A stretch of 64,000 bases of DNA from an uncultured Pseudomonadales bacterium (GCA_964352475.1 CAYGSL010000008.1:8191-72190), one strand, 5' to 3'. Counted from the stretch's first letter, positions 43,293 through 53,840 are shown. Numbers and translations are program-made. The notes: generated from the letters alone by a model not told the origin.

Positions 43293-44939
43293 TTACTGTT
43301 GGTCGTCTAGAATCAGGCTAGCAGCCCGCTCGGCCAGCATGTAAACAGGTGCTTGGGTGTTGCACGAAGGCACACTTGGGAACGCCGAAGCATCGACCAC
43401 TCGTAAGCCATCCAAGCCGTGTACTTTCAGACGACTATCAACTACCGAGTCACTGGCAGAACTGCCCATTTTGCATGTGCTGGTAGGGTGATAGACGGTA
43501 TCGGCTCGTGCTCTGATGTCATCAAGTAACTGCTCTTCACTGGCGCAGGATTTGCCGGGTATCGTTTCTGCAGCAATTAAGCCAGACAGTGCGTCAGTAG
43601 CTGACAACTCACGTAGAAATTTGGCGCCTTCGAGCAATTCCTGTATGTCTGCGTCATCCCCCAGGTAATTTGGCTGGATTTTTGGTGCGGTGCCTGGGTT
43701 GCTGGATTCGATAGACACTCTGCCGCGACTCTTTGGGCGACACTGGGATACAGACATCAGCACACCCGGATAAGAATCTGGTTGAGCGCCCCGCTGCTTA
43801 CCGTTGCTGGCAACAGAATACGTCAGAGGAGAAAAGTACAACTGCAAATTGGGTCTGCTGTGTGCGCGACTGCTTCGATAAAACCCACCAGCCTGGTTCA
43901 CGCCAATTGCCAGTGGGCCTTTGCGCGCAAGCAGATACTGTATTCCGGCGCTGAGTTTTCCCCACCAAGGGTGCAGCTGGTTATTCAGCGTTGGCTCAGT
44001 ACAACGATAGTAATGCGTATACGCAAGGTGATCCTGAAGATGAAGCCCAACGTTTGAATTGGCTTGCACCGGTGTGATGCCCAATCTGGATAAGTCATCG
44101 GCATCACCAACACCAGACAGCTGCAACAATTGTGGCGAATTGACCGCGCCTGCACTGAGTATCACGCTACGCTTGGCATAAATTTTTCGTTCCGCATTAT
44201 GTTTTACTGCTGTAATTCCAACCGCGTGCTTTTCATTGAAAAGAATTCTCGTGGCAAGCGTATTGGTGAGCAGCCTCAGATTTTTTCTGCTGCGTGCCGG
44301 GTGCAAGTATGCGCGCGCTGCAGACATACGACGACCGTGTTTTGCGGTTATTTCGTAGTAGCCGACACCTTCCTGGTGTTCGCCATTGAAATCGCTATTC
44401 CGCGGTAAACCAAGTTCAGAAGCTGCCTGGATGAACCGCTTGCACAATGGATGATAGGCCCGGTGCACATCATCAATATGCAAATTTCCTCCATCGCCTC
44501 TATACAAATTCCCTCCACGCGAACTGCTCTCAAGTTTCAGATACCACGGCAATACCTCATTCCAGCCCCACCCGGCAGCACCTTGCACCTCCCAGTCGTC
44601 GTAATCCGCGGGATGGCCGCGGGTATACACCATTGCATTGATGGCGCTTGAGCCTCCCAGCACCTTTCCGCGTGGCCAATAGCTTGTTCTATGATTCATC
44701 GCTGTAGAGGGTTCGCTGGTGTACATCCAGTTAAATCTTGGATTCTCAAACGTCTTGCCGTATCCCAATGGCGTATGAATCCAGAAATTTGCATCACTAC
44801 CCCCCGCTTCAATGAGACACACTGAATAACGGCCACACTCACTGAGTCGGTTAGCGAGTACACAACCAGCAACTCCCGCACCGACCACAACAAAGTCGTA
44901 GTATTCCTCCAGCAGGGAATCTTTAGTATTGCTTCTCAT
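43293..44939 (-). CDS. GMC-family (choline/alcohol dehydrogenase-like) FAD oxidoreductase
   Basis: YDFVVVGAGVAGCVLANRLSE, GKVLGGSSAINAMVY and C-terminal HPTSTCKMG / VVDASAFP. Confidence 0.9.
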   Translation of the reverse strand: MRSNTKDSLLEEYYDFVVVGAGVAGCVLANRLSECGRYSVCLIEAGGSDANFWIHTPLGYGKTFENPRFNWMYTSEPSTAMNHRTSYWPRGKVLGGSSAINAMVYTRGHPADYDDWEVQGAAGWGWNEVLPWYLKLESSSRGGNLYRGDGGNLHIDDVHRAYHPLCKRFIQAASELGLPRNSDFNGEHQEGVGYYEITAKHGRRMSAARAYLHPARSRKNLRLLTNTLATRILFNEKHAVGITAVKHNAERKIYAKRSVILSAGAVNSPQLLQLSGVGDADDLSRLGITPVQANSNVGLHLQDHLAYTHYYRCTEPTLNNQLHPWWGKLSAGIQYLLARKGPLAIGVNQAGGFYRSSRAHSRPNLQLYFSPLTYSVASNGKQRGAQPDSYPGVLMSVSQCRPKSRGRVSIESSNPGTAPKIQPNYLGDDADIQELLEGAKFLRELSATDALSGLIAAETIPGKSCASEEQLLDDIRARADTVYHPTSTCKMGSSASDSVVDSRLKVHGLDGLRVVDASAFPSVPSCNTQAPVYMLAERAASLILDDQQ

Positions 44940-45013
44940 ATATGGTGTTCAAGCAGATCCAATAACGCGTATCCTAAAGCATTAGAGGTTTCGCTAGTAT
45001 CGAAAAGTAGATT

Positions 45014-46378
45014 ATGACAAAACATGTACATGAGCCGGCACGAATTGTACCAGTGGTGGCAGAGTTTGACGTATTGGTTGTGGGCAGTGGTCCTGCGGGG
45101 CTGGCTGCTGCAATCGCGTCTGCACGCGCGGGAGCGCATACAGCATTACTTGAAAGATATGGCTGCTTTGGTGGCAACATCACTCAGGTGGGTGTAGAAG
45201 GCTTTGCCTGGTATAGACATGAACAAACAGTTGATAGCGAAGGGATAGGCATTGAGTTTGAACAACGCGCCAAAACGTTGGGCGCCACATTGCCGGAGCC
45301 GCAATCGATTAGTGATTCCCTTGATGGCGAAGCGTTCAAGTTCGTCGCCGATGAAATGGTACTTGAGGCTGGTGTAAGCCCCTTGCTGCACCGTTTATTT
45401 GTATCTCCAATTCTGGACAGCGGTTCAATAATCGGCGTAGTTGTTGAAAGTAAATCGGGGCGTGAGGCAATCATGGCCAAACGAATTATTGATGCGACAG
45501 GCGACGCTGATGTCGCAAGCCGCGCTGGCGCATTGGTTTCCAAGGCGCCCCGCGAAGAGTTAATGGGCGCCTCAGTCATGTTCTCTATGAGCGGTGTGAA
45601 CAAAACAGAATTCATAGAGCACATCAAGGCAGACCCGCAAACCTATAGTGACTGGGCGGGTGGTGAATGGACAATTGAAACGTCCGGCAAGGAAGACGAT
45701 ATGTTCTCGCCTTTTCTTCGCAAGCCATTTGAGCAGGCAATTAAAACGGGATTGATCCCTGCTACGCTGAATACAATATGTGGCACCTGGGGAAGTATTT
45801 CCGATCAGGGAGATTTGAGCTACCTGAACCTGGTTCATCTTGCTGGCATTGATGGTACTTGCGCAGATGACCTCACTACGGGAGAAATAGAAGGGCGGCG
45901 ACAAGCGATGTTAGCGGTGCGCGCGCTTAAACAGTTCACACCTGGCTGCAACAACGCCAAGTTGCGCAATTTTGGAATGACGATTGGCTTGCGTGAAACG
46001 CGCAAGATTAATGGCATCTACAATATGACGGCGGAGGATGTTCGTGAACAAGGCCGTTTCGACGATAGTATTGGCATATTTCCAGAGTTCATAGATGGCT
46101 ATGGCATTTTGATATTGCCAACCACCGGACGTTACTTTCAGCTCCCTTATCGTGCGCTTTTGCCCAAAGGCGTGGACAACTTGCTGGTTGCAGGCCGCAG
46201 TATCGGTGGTGATAGGGACTCACATGCAGCGATCAGAAACATGATGTGTTGCACCGTGACAGGGCAGGGCGCAGGTGTCGCTGCTGCCGTTTCCATTCGA
46301 CAGCAGTGTGCGCTTGCAGAGCTGGATGTTGGGCTATTACAGAAGGAGTTGCTCAAGCAGGATGTCAGAATTCACTAG
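45014..46378 (+). CDS. FAD-dependent oxidoreductase (FAD_oxidored/GIDA-like fold), function unknown
   Basis: FDVLVVGSGPAGLAAAIASARAGAHTALLER dinucleotide-binding motif and IIDATGDADVA. Confidence 0.75.
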   Translation: MTKHVHEPARIVPVVAEFDVLVVGSGPAGLAAAIASARAGAHTALLERYGCFGGNITQVGVEGFAWYRHEQTVDSEGIGIEFEQRAKTLGATLPEPQSISDSLDGEAFKFVADEMVLEAGVSPLLHRLFVSPILDSGSIIGVVVESKSGREAIMAKRIIDATGDADVASRAGALVSKAPREELMGASVMFSMSGVNKTEFIEHIKADPQTYSDWAGGEWTIETSGKEDDMFSPFLRKPFEQAIKTGLIPATLNTICGTWGSISDQGDLSYLNLVHLAGIDGTCADDLTTGEIEGRRQAMLAVRALKQFTPGCNNAKLRNFGMTIGLRETRKINGIYNMTAEDVREQGRFDDSIGIFPEFIDGYGILILPTTGRYFQLPYRALLPKGVDNLLVAGRSIGGDRDSHAAIRNMMCCTVTGQGAGVAAAVSIRQQCALAELDVGLLQKELLKQDVRIH

Positions 46379-47628
46379 CTTGCTGCAACATTTTGCCTAT
46401 GTCGCATGAGCGCCCATGTTGCCAGAGCTCCAATAGCGGAAGCGCAGGCGATATAGGCGAAAAACAGCTGGTATCCTTCTGTCATCGAGTAATTGCTTAA
46501 CAGGTAACTATTGATCTGCGGCACATACAGGTCGGGACTGTAGCCCACTACAGAGATCAGTCCGATTGCAGAGCCAATTGCCGTTTTCGGAATAGGGCAG
46601 TCTTCCAGCAAGGCCCAAATCAAGCCGCGCAGGGCATAGGCAAGCATGCCGAAAGGCACGATAAACACCCATAGCATCCACGAGCTTGCGGCGGTGGTCG
46701 GCATTGTTGCAAGAAAAACACAGGCCGCCACACCGGCCAGGAAGGCGCCGCACATCATGCGATCATTGCCATAGCGATCGCCCAGGAAGCCACCCACAAT
46801 GCCGCCAATCGGGCGCATCCAGAGCTTGGTCGTGCCCAATGCCATCACTGCCGCCAGAGCCATTCCAAAACCACCGTTTTCAGCGAAGCTGGGCAATTCG
46901 ATGGTTGCCCAAAAAATATGATAAACAGCGCTCAATATGATGCACAGCAGCCATACGGATGGGAGTTTTATAATCGCCAGAACGTCTTTTATATTTGCGC
47001 CTGTCTTGTAGGCATCGGCATCACTTGAGGCGTTGTTTTTTCCGGTAAACATCATTATCACGGCGATTACAATGCACAGCACGGCGTAGACAATGATCAC
47101 AGTTTGCATGCCAAAGGATTTACTCACGTACCAGGCGAAAATCAACGAGGCGATAGTCATCAATATCGCTTCGAACAGACCGCGAGTGCCTTCCAGTACA
47201 CCGAACATGCGTCCTTGTTCGTGTTTGCCACCCAATAAGTTGGTTTGCTTCAACATTGCTGACCATAAAATGCCAACACCGATTACACCCCACAGCGCAT
47301 AGATGATCACTAGCGACTGGTAGCTTGGAATACTTGCGTACCAAAAATAGGTTGCAGAGCTGCTGAGTAGTGCGATGATTACAAGCTTTTTTGGAGCAAC
47401 CTTGTCGGCAAGCCACCCGCCTGGCAAATAACAGATCATGCAAGACAAAGCATAAGTGGAGCTTAAATTGCCGAGCTGGGTTTCAGTCAGCTGGAAGACA
47501 TCAAGCAGCGAAGATTTAAAAATCTGGCGCAGATAAGGCATGCTGTAAATGACTGACACCGCCAACGCAAGCATCAATACCTGCAGATAGTTCATCAGGC
47601 GTTGTTGATCTACATTCTCAAGTTTCAT
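46375..47628 (-). CDS. MFS transporter
   Basis: About 12 hydrophobic segments, with the MFS loop motif GGWLADKVAPKK. Confidence 0.8.
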   Translation of the reverse strand: MKLENVDQQRLMNYLQVLMLALAVSVIYSMPYLRQIFKSSLLDVFQLTETQLGNLSSTYALSCMICYLPGGWLADKVAPKKLVIIALLSSSATYFWYASIPSYQSLVIIYALWGVIGVGILWSAMLKQTNLLGGKHEQGRMFGVLEGTRGLFEAILMTIASLIFAWYVSKSFGMQTVIIVYAVLCIVIAVIMMFTGKNNASSDADAYKTGANIKDVLAIIKLPSVWLLCIILSAVYHIFWATIELPSFAENGGFGMALAAVMALGTTKLWMRPIGGIVGGFLGDRYGNDRMMCGAFLAGVAACVFLATMPTTAASSWMLWVFIVPFGMLAYALRGLIWALLEDCPIPKTAIGSAIGLISVVGYSPDLYVPQINSYLLSNYSMTEGYQLFFAYIACASAIGALATWALMRHRQNVAAS

Positions 47629-48848
47629 AATGGATACTCTGCGGGTTCCAGATGCAGGTGGTTGTCTGCGTAACTGTGTTGCTCTGCAACATCTTCATTC
47701 AGAATCACACCCAGTCCCGGCGTTTCCGGTGGAATAACATAACCGTTTTCCCATTGAATTGGCGTTTCCAGCAGATCAGCATAGAAGCCGCCCATTTGCT
47801 TGATTGATTCCAGTATCAAAAAATTCGGGCTGCATGTGCTTAGCTGAATATTGGCCGCTGCAACCACTGGCCCGCAGTACAGGTGAGGCGCAATTTGCAC
47901 GTAGTAGGTCTCGGCCATGCCGGCCACCTTCTTTGCTTCGAGCAGGCCACCGCAACGCCCCAGGTTCATTTGCAAGATGGCAGCAGAGCGGTCTTCAAGA
48001 ACGCGAGAAAAGTCGTACTTGCTGTTTAATCGCTCGCCCGTGGCAATAGGAATGCTGGTGCCTGATGCGACGCTTGCCATTGCCCTGGTGTTTTCTGGCG
48101 GTGTTGGTTCTTCTAACCAAAGCGGGTCGAAGGGTTCCAGGCGCTTGGCCAGGCGAACAGCGCCGGCCGGCGTCATTTGACCGTGAGTACCAATTAGCAA
48201 GTCTACCGAATTGCCCACGGCCTTACGGAGCTGGCGGGTATATTCCTCGGTCAGAGTCAGAGCATGCATGGAAAGTTGGCGCGGGTCCATGCATGAGTAT
48301 CCGCCAGTGGGATCAAATTTAAGCGCAGTGAAACCTTGCGCCACATAGTCTTTGGCGCGCCTGGCGGCCAATTCTGGTGTGGTATATACATCGTCTTCAT
48401 CGCCAGGTTCGGCGTAAATGTAAGAGTAGGTGCGAAGCTTGTCATGCACTTTCCCACCCAGTAACTGGTACACGGGTTGCTGGCAGGACTTGCCAATGAT
48501 GTCCCAGCATGCCATTTCAATGCCGCTGATGATTGCACCCAGGGTTAGATCCGGGTGTTGGGTGTACCCGGCGGAGTATACTCTTCTCCACAGCGCCTCG
48601 ATTTCGAATGGGGTGCGGCCAACAACGTGGCGCTCGAATACATCATCGATTAGAGTAGCGACGGCGTGCGGAGAAAATGGTGGGCTGTACACTTCACCAA
48701 TACCTTCCAGCCCGCAATCGGTAGATAATTTTACGAAGATGAAATAGCGCCCACCAACGCCCGGTTCCGGGTTGCCAACTACCCAGGTTTTTACATTTGT
48801 TATTTTCAAAATCGACTCAGCCTGGCTATCTATATCAGGCATGCACAT
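47625..48848 (-). CDS. Enolase-superfamily enzyme (mandelate racemase/muconate lactonizing family; sugar-acid dehydratase-like)
   Basis: KITNVKTWVV, FIFVKLSTDCGLEGIGE, ALKFDP, WLEEP and IATGER. Coupled by a 4-nt overlap to the downstream MFS gene. Confidence 0.8.
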   Translation of the reverse strand: MCMPDIDSQAESILKITNVKTWVVGNPEPGVGGRYFIFVKLSTDCGLEGIGEVYSPPFSPHAVATLIDDVFERHVVGRTPFEIEALWRRVYSAGYTQHPDLTLGAIISGIEMACWDIIGKSCQQPVYQLLGGKVHDKLRTYSYIYAEPGDEDDVYTTPELAARRAKDYVAQGFTALKFDPTGGYSCMDPRQLSMHALTLTEEYTRQLRKAVGNSVDLLIGTHGQMTPAGAVRLAKRLEPFDPLWLEEPTPPENTRAMASVASGTSIPIATGERLNSKYDFSRVLEDRSAAILQMNLGRCGGLLEAKKVAGMAETYYVQIAPHLYCGPVVAAANIQLSTCSPNFLILESIKQMGGFYADLLETPIQWENGYVIPPETPGLGVILNEDVAEQHSYADNHLHLEPAEYPL

Positions 48849-49087
48849 TACGGTGTTTGCCCGGCTGACGCAATTTATGCAGTGAGAAAAAATGTCAGCG
48901 ATTGGTAAGAATATATTTCACCTTAGCTATATCTCTTATGTCCTTGAGAGCAAAGCAGTTTGCTCAAAACGGTCAAAAATCCGGCGGTAAATTTGGTATA
49001 AATCCTCAATTCTGGTGTGTATTCTTGCGCTCTTAGGCCGGCCCATATTGCTTGCCGATTACTTTAGAACCACCAGTAAAGACAATT

Positions 49088-51238
49088 ATGAGACCAGACA
49101 GGACGGCCGCCTGCACGCGTGTATTTGCAGTGCAGAAAAGTTACAGCGGATGTCATCTTATCGCTGCTGTGTATGCGTTGCTTGCCGCGCTCAGTTTTGT
49201 GGCGCCTGCAAGCGCTCATGAAGCGTTTAAACGGCCTGCTCATATTGCGCAGGCAGTTGATTTCTGGAGCAGGGTTTATTCAGAAATTGATACCCAAACC
49301 GGCTTTATTCATGATCGGCGCGATCCTCAGCTGATTTATGAAGTGTACCCGCTGGATGCTGGCGACACGCCGAGGCGGCAGCAAAGAGACATTGATCAAA
49401 GGTTGAAGCAATACCGCCGTTTGCTGGCCGACATGATCGAGAAGCAAGCGGCAGAATACGACTCGGAGCAACAGCGCGTTGCCGCGTTATTGGGTGCACT
49501 GCAACCGTCAGAGAAGCAACTTCGCACCGCAGTGAAACAAATTCGTTTTCAACGTGGGCAGGCTGATAGGTTCGCACAGGGCATTGCCAGGCAAAAACGC
49601 CTGGGCGGCGAGGTTCGACAGGTTTTGGAAAAACACGGGCTGCCAGTAGAGATAAACGCTCTGCCGCACGTCGAGTCTTCTTACAATCCCACGGTGAAAT
49701 CTCACGCAGGTGCATTGGGCCTCTGGCAGATCATGCCAGCAACGGCGCGTCGCTACCTCACCGTGAGCGGGAATGTGGATGAACGATTGGATGTGCGGCG
49801 CTCTACGGAAGCGGCAGCCAGACTGCTTAAGCACAACTATGGCGTTTTAAAAGACTGGTCCCTGGCAGTAACGGCTTATAACCGAGGCCTGGCCGGGGTG
49901 CGTCGCGCGGTCAGAGAGACCGGAAGCCGCGATATTGGTGTGATTAGCCGGGACTACGAAGGGCGTGGATTTGGTTTTGCTTCTCGTAATTTCTACGCAG
50001 CTTTTCTCGCTGCACATGATGTGTCATCCGGCCAATTTCCGGCAACTTCGGTTGACAACACAGCCAGTGTAGGGAGTTCAAACAATGCAACCTTGGCATT
50101 ACGTCGCTACTTGCCATTCTACGAGATTGCGCAGGAGTTTTCGGTTCCTGTACTTTCTCTTAAGAATGCCAACCCGGAGCTCACGACGAAGTACTGGAAT
50201 GCGGAGAAGTGGCTTGAGCCAGACTACGCACTGCAAATTCCGGGTGAACTGGATTCCAGGCAAGCCACGGCGGCGCTGCGCAGCCTGGAGGCCCTGTCGG
50301 GCCTGGATCAGCAACAGGCTGATCGTTACTATCGCATCAAGAAAGGCGACAAGCTGGCCTTGCTTGCCCGCGATTTTCAAACGGACATGGCGCAGCTGAT
50401 GAACCTTAACGGGGTGAACAGCGTTCATAGAATTTATGCGGGTCAGATTCTGCGCCTGCCTTCCGCTGAATTTGCCTCATCTTTGTCACCAAAGGTAGCG
50501 GCTACTCAGAGCCCGCGTGCGAGCTACGCAAAACTGGATGTCCGTGCTGATCCAAAACCGGTTGCAGAGCCATTACGCGGGCAGCTGGTGTACGGCGTAC
50601 TGCGAGATACAACGGCTTCACGTGATGTAATGCGCTATGCGTTTGAAGCAATGCGGCTGAGCACGCCCAATGCGTGGGATATACGCGTGGCCTCATCTAT
50701 CAGCAGTCTGGTGTCTGTACCCGAAAGTATATCCGCTGTTCAGGGTCGGCGCGCTATTGCGACCGCCAACAGTATGTTTGTCAACAATGAGTCTGAACTG
50801 GTTGCCGATCCCGCCGACTATCTGGTTGCCAGTGATGGCAGTATTGAAATTCAGGTTGGCGAAACCCTTGGGCATTACGCTCATTGGTTAGGGGTACACT
50901 CTTCAGATCTTCGTCGATTGAACAATTTGTCCCGGCGCCAGGCGGTGGTGGTCGGCCGGCGTATTACGTTGAGCTTTGAAGACGTGGACAGACAGAGCTT
51001 TGAGCGTTCTCGACGATTGCATCACTTGCAGTTGCAGCAACGCTATTTTTCAGAATATCGAATTACCGGTGTTCAAAATCACTCACTCGGCCGGGGTGAC
51101 AATCTTTGGGAATTGGCCACCAGTGAGTACGGAATTCCACTGTGGCTACTGCGCCAATACAATCCTGATTTTGATTTTGGCAGTGTGCTTGCTCTAAATC
51201 AGGTGCTTTCAATCCCTGTGGTCACAGCGAAAACCTGA
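49088..51238 (+). CDS. mltD: Membrane-bound lytic murein transglycosylase D-like (SLT domain + several LysM repeats)
   Basis: LPHVESSYNPTVKSHAGALGLWQIMPATARRY (catalytic Glu-Ser). LysM-like repeats YYRIKKGDKLALLARDF, IQVGETLGHYAHWLG and LGRGDNLWELA. Confidence 0.85.
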   Translation: MRPDRTAACTRVFAVQKSYSGCHLIAAVYALLAALSFVAPASAHEAFKRPAHIAQAVDFWSRVYSEIDTQTGFIHDRRDPQLIYEVYPLDAGDTPRRQQRDIDQRLKQYRRLLADMIEKQAAEYDSEQQRVAALLGALQPSEKQLRTAVKQIRFQRGQADRFAQGIARQKRLGGEVRQVLEKHGLPVEINALPHVESSYNPTVKSHAGALGLWQIMPATARRYLTVSGNVDERLDVRRSTEAAARLLKHNYGVLKDWSLAVTAYNRGLAGVRRAVRETGSRDIGVISRDYEGRGFGFASRNFYAAFLAAHDVSSGQFPATSVDNTASVGSSNNATLALRRYLPFYEIAQEFSVPVLSLKNANPELTTKYWNAEKWLEPDYALQIPGELDSRQATAALRSLEALSGLDQQQADRYYRIKKGDKLALLARDFQTDMAQLMNLNGVNSVHRIYAGQILRLPSAEFASSLSPKVAATQSPRASYAKLDVRADPKPVAEPLRGQLVYGVLRDTTASRDVMRYAFEAMRLSTPNAWDIRVASSISSLVSVPESISAVQGRRAIATANSMFVNNESELVADPADYLVASDGSIEIQVGETLGHYAHWLGVHSSDLRRLNNLSRRQAVVVGRRITLSFEDVDRQSFERSRRLHHLQLQQRYFSEYRITGVQNHSLGRGDNLWELATSEYGIPLWLLRQYNPDFDFGSVLALNQVLSIPVVTAKT

Positions 51239-51247
51239 GTCGCCAGC

Positions 51248-52474
51248 TCACCGTTTAACTGCTTTCTCGCACTTGCTCGCCGGAATATAAACGGCGCAAA
51301 GCGCGAGTAGTACGCAAATAACCGTATACCAGGCACCATACAGCGCGAGCACATCGAAACTGATCTCACGGTCCATACAAATGCCCAGTACCACCGGCGA
51401 CAAGGCGGACGCAAAAACCATGATTGCTGATGTGGCGGATTTAATAGAGCCAATATTTGCGGTGCCATAAAGCTCTGCATAAAAAGGGCTGATCGCCGTG
51501 CCCAGCATGCCGTTGCTGATAGACATTAGCACCAGAAACAGACCTGCCGACCAGGGTGCGGAAAAGTGCGCAAGCGAAAACAGTGCCAGCGCCAATGGTA
51601 AGGGAAGCCACGGAACAATGCGCTGCGCACTGAACAGGTCTATCAGTCGTCCACAGACCAAAGCGGAAAACATGGAAGTGATGCCATAAACAACAAACCA
51701 GCTACCCCAGGCTTGTAAGGACCATTGCTTGTATTCGACTAAGGCAATCTGATGGAAAATAAACCCGGTAAAGAGTAGTGCGCCGGATGACGCCGCTGGC
51801 AAGAGCAAATAAAACCTGGGGTCTTTTAATACCTCTTTGCGGGTCCAGTTGAGTGATGATGCAAGTGAATCAAGTTTAGAAAGCTGATCCATGTATTGGC
51901 TATGCCTGAGTTCATGGCCACGCAATAGAAACAAAACTGCAGGCGCCAGAAAAAGAATCAAAACGGCCGCAACAGCAAGCAATACCGTCTGCCAGTCAAA
52001 CATCAGCATTGCGGCAACGATGATTGCCGGAAGAAACGCTTCGCCGGTTCGATAGCCCATGCCGCTTAATGCATTTGCCGACCCTCGTGCATCGGCTATG
52101 TATCGCACCATAGTGGCGCTGGCGGCCATCATCATCAATCCTTGACCGAATTGTCGTAGCAAGAAGAAAGCAAGCAATAGTGTGATTACATTTCCACCCA
52201 GTGCCAGAGTGAGGCAGCCGCTGGCAAGACCAAATACGGTAATCTGGGAAAACACTCTCAAATCGAGGCGATCAATGAGTGATCCTGTCCAGACAACTGC
52301 TACTGCACTGAGCAACGTTGCAGCAGAGTACACACCGCTGAATTCCGCGTGACTCAAGTTCAATTGTTGACGCAGGTCAGCGCTGAAATAGGCGATAAAA
52401 AATGTTTGCCCCGGTGAGGAAAACAAGGTCATCAAAAAACCAAAGGTCAATAAACGCCATTCGTGTCTTAACAT
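51248..52474 (-). CDS. MFS transporter
   Basis: About 12 hydrophobic segments in a 408-aa ORF. Confidence 0.8.
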   Translation of the reverse strand: MLRHEWRLLTFGFLMTLFSSPGQTFFIAYFSADLRQQLNLSHAEFSGVYSAATLLSAVAVVWTGSLIDRLDLRVFSQITVFGLASGCLTLALGGNVITLLLAFFLLRQFGQGLMMMAASATMVRYIADARGSANALSGMGYRTGEAFLPAIIVAAMLMFDWQTVLLAVAAVLILFLAPAVLFLLRGHELRHSQYMDQLSKLDSLASSLNWTRKEVLKDPRFYLLLPAASSGALLFTGFIFHQIALVEYKQWSLQAWGSWFVVYGITSMFSALVCGRLIDLFSAQRIVPWLPLPLALALFSLAHFSAPWSAGLFLVLMSISNGMLGTAISPFYAELYGTANIGSIKSATSAIMVFASALSPVVLGICMDREISFDVLALYGAWYTVICVLLALCAVYIPASKCEKAVKR

Positions 52475-52501
52475 GAAACGGCGTGTGTCCTGCTGTTTCG
52501 C

Positions 52502-52804
52502 TTAAACCTGAATGTTGGGCAATAATTGGGAATAGCTAAAACCAGCCCAAGTGCTGGCGCGCATGACGTGCGTGGGCATTTCGAGAAAGGTTTTTTCCAG
52601 GAAGTCATTAACCTGGTTCCAGTCCTTTGAATAAAACGGGTGGCCCTTAAGCGCGATAGGGTGGATATAGTTTTCTTCACGCTTGAGTATTTGTATCTGT
52701 ATCACACCGTCGCGCAACTGCATTGCGAGCGCATAGGTGTGTTCCGGGCCTATACCCTCTATGGCATTGCGAACGCCCGATATATCTTGGTCGGTAAACT
52801 GCAT
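52502..52804 (-). CDS. Hypothetical protein (100 aa)
   Basis: ORF with plausible composition, no recognisable motif and no clear RBS. Co-directional with the MFS gene 28 nt downstream. Confidence 0.45.
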   Translation of the reverse strand: MQFTDQDISGVRNAIEGIGPEHTYALAMQLRDGVIQIQILKREENYIHPIALKGHPFYSKDWNQVNDFLEKTFLEMPTHVMRASTWAGFSYSQLLPNIQV

Positions 52805-53093
52805 TGTCTAAGCCTGTGTTACCCAAAATCCGAAGGGCCCGGTAACAGTGACTACTGAGCGTCACAATTCCAACGAGCCTATAAGGTTCCACGGAGGCCT
52901 AAGCCTCGAACAAAGCGGATCTCGACAACGCTGCTTAGGCAACATCGGATGCTTTGAACTCCATCCACTGTCAATTATGCCATAGTTGTTACCCACAAGG
53001 TTGACTATGCCGACCATCGGCCCATGGTAAAAGTGGCTGATTCTGCGCCGGTGGCTTCTGTCGCTAAGTGTGTGTGGTAGAGATTTGCGGAAA

Positions 53094-53840
53094 CTAGTCG
53101 TTGTTGTCGCGCCGCACCAGAGGGCTAAACAGGCCATATTTCCAGGACCGCATCGCCATGACTACTGTGACGCCGTGGCGTTCGTCTAATCCCAGAGAGG
53201 CATCTTCGTTGTTCAGTTCATCAAATTCGCGAATCAGGCGCATCAGCTTGCGTTGGAACTCGGCATTGGAGTTGTTTGATAACATGCCGTTTAGCACCAC
53301 CAGACGCTCACCATCACGGTCAAACCGCGTACTGAAGTATTCCCTGCCAATTTTGTCTTGAAAAAATCGCTGTATAGGGCCGTTGTCTCGCCAAGCGAAA
53401 TTAGGCGCAATCAGCAGCTTAATCCTGTTTTTGGGCAGCAGCTCTATGATCTTTAGTTTGTCCAGCTGCGCCAGTTTCTGAATGCAGTCGGTTTCGCTGA
53501 TCTTGTAAAAGCTGCAAATATCCTCAAGCGTCCACCGGTTGAGTGCGCAGATTGTTACCAGCAGAAGTTCAAGGTCATCCGCTATCTGCTGTTCTTTTTC
53601 GATATCCAGCAGCGTCAGCAGAGGCGACCGTTCATTCATTTGCTGGACCAGGTCGGATATTTCCATGCCCATTATCAAACAGGTTTGTTCCAGCCGCTGC
53701 AGCGTAAAGCTTTTCTCAGAAAACAGACGCTTAACGCTGGCCTCCGATAAATCGAGTGCACGGGCCACGTCAGCGTAGGTTTTCCCATGGGCTTTTAACG
53801 CTGATTTGAGTGCGTGAATGAGCGGTTTTACTTGAGCCAT
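53094..53840 (-). CDS. XRE-family helix-turn-helix transcriptional regulator with a C-terminal domain of about 170 aa and unknown function
   Basis: ATG 53840. HTH KTYADVARALDLSEASVKRLFSEKSFTLQRLEQTCLIMGMEISDL. Confidence 0.8.
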   Translation of the reverse strand: MAQVKPLIHALKSALKAHGKTYADVARALDLSEASVKRLFSEKSFTLQRLEQTCLIMGMEISDLVQQMNERSPLLTLLDIEKEQQIADDLELLLVTICALNRWTLEDICSFYKISETDCIQKLAQLDKLKIIELLPKNRIKLLIAPNFAWRDNGPIQRFFQDKIGREYFSTRFDRDGERLVVLNGMLSNNSNAEFQRKLMRLIREFDELNNEDASLGLDERHGVTVVMAMRSWKYGLFSPLVRRDNND

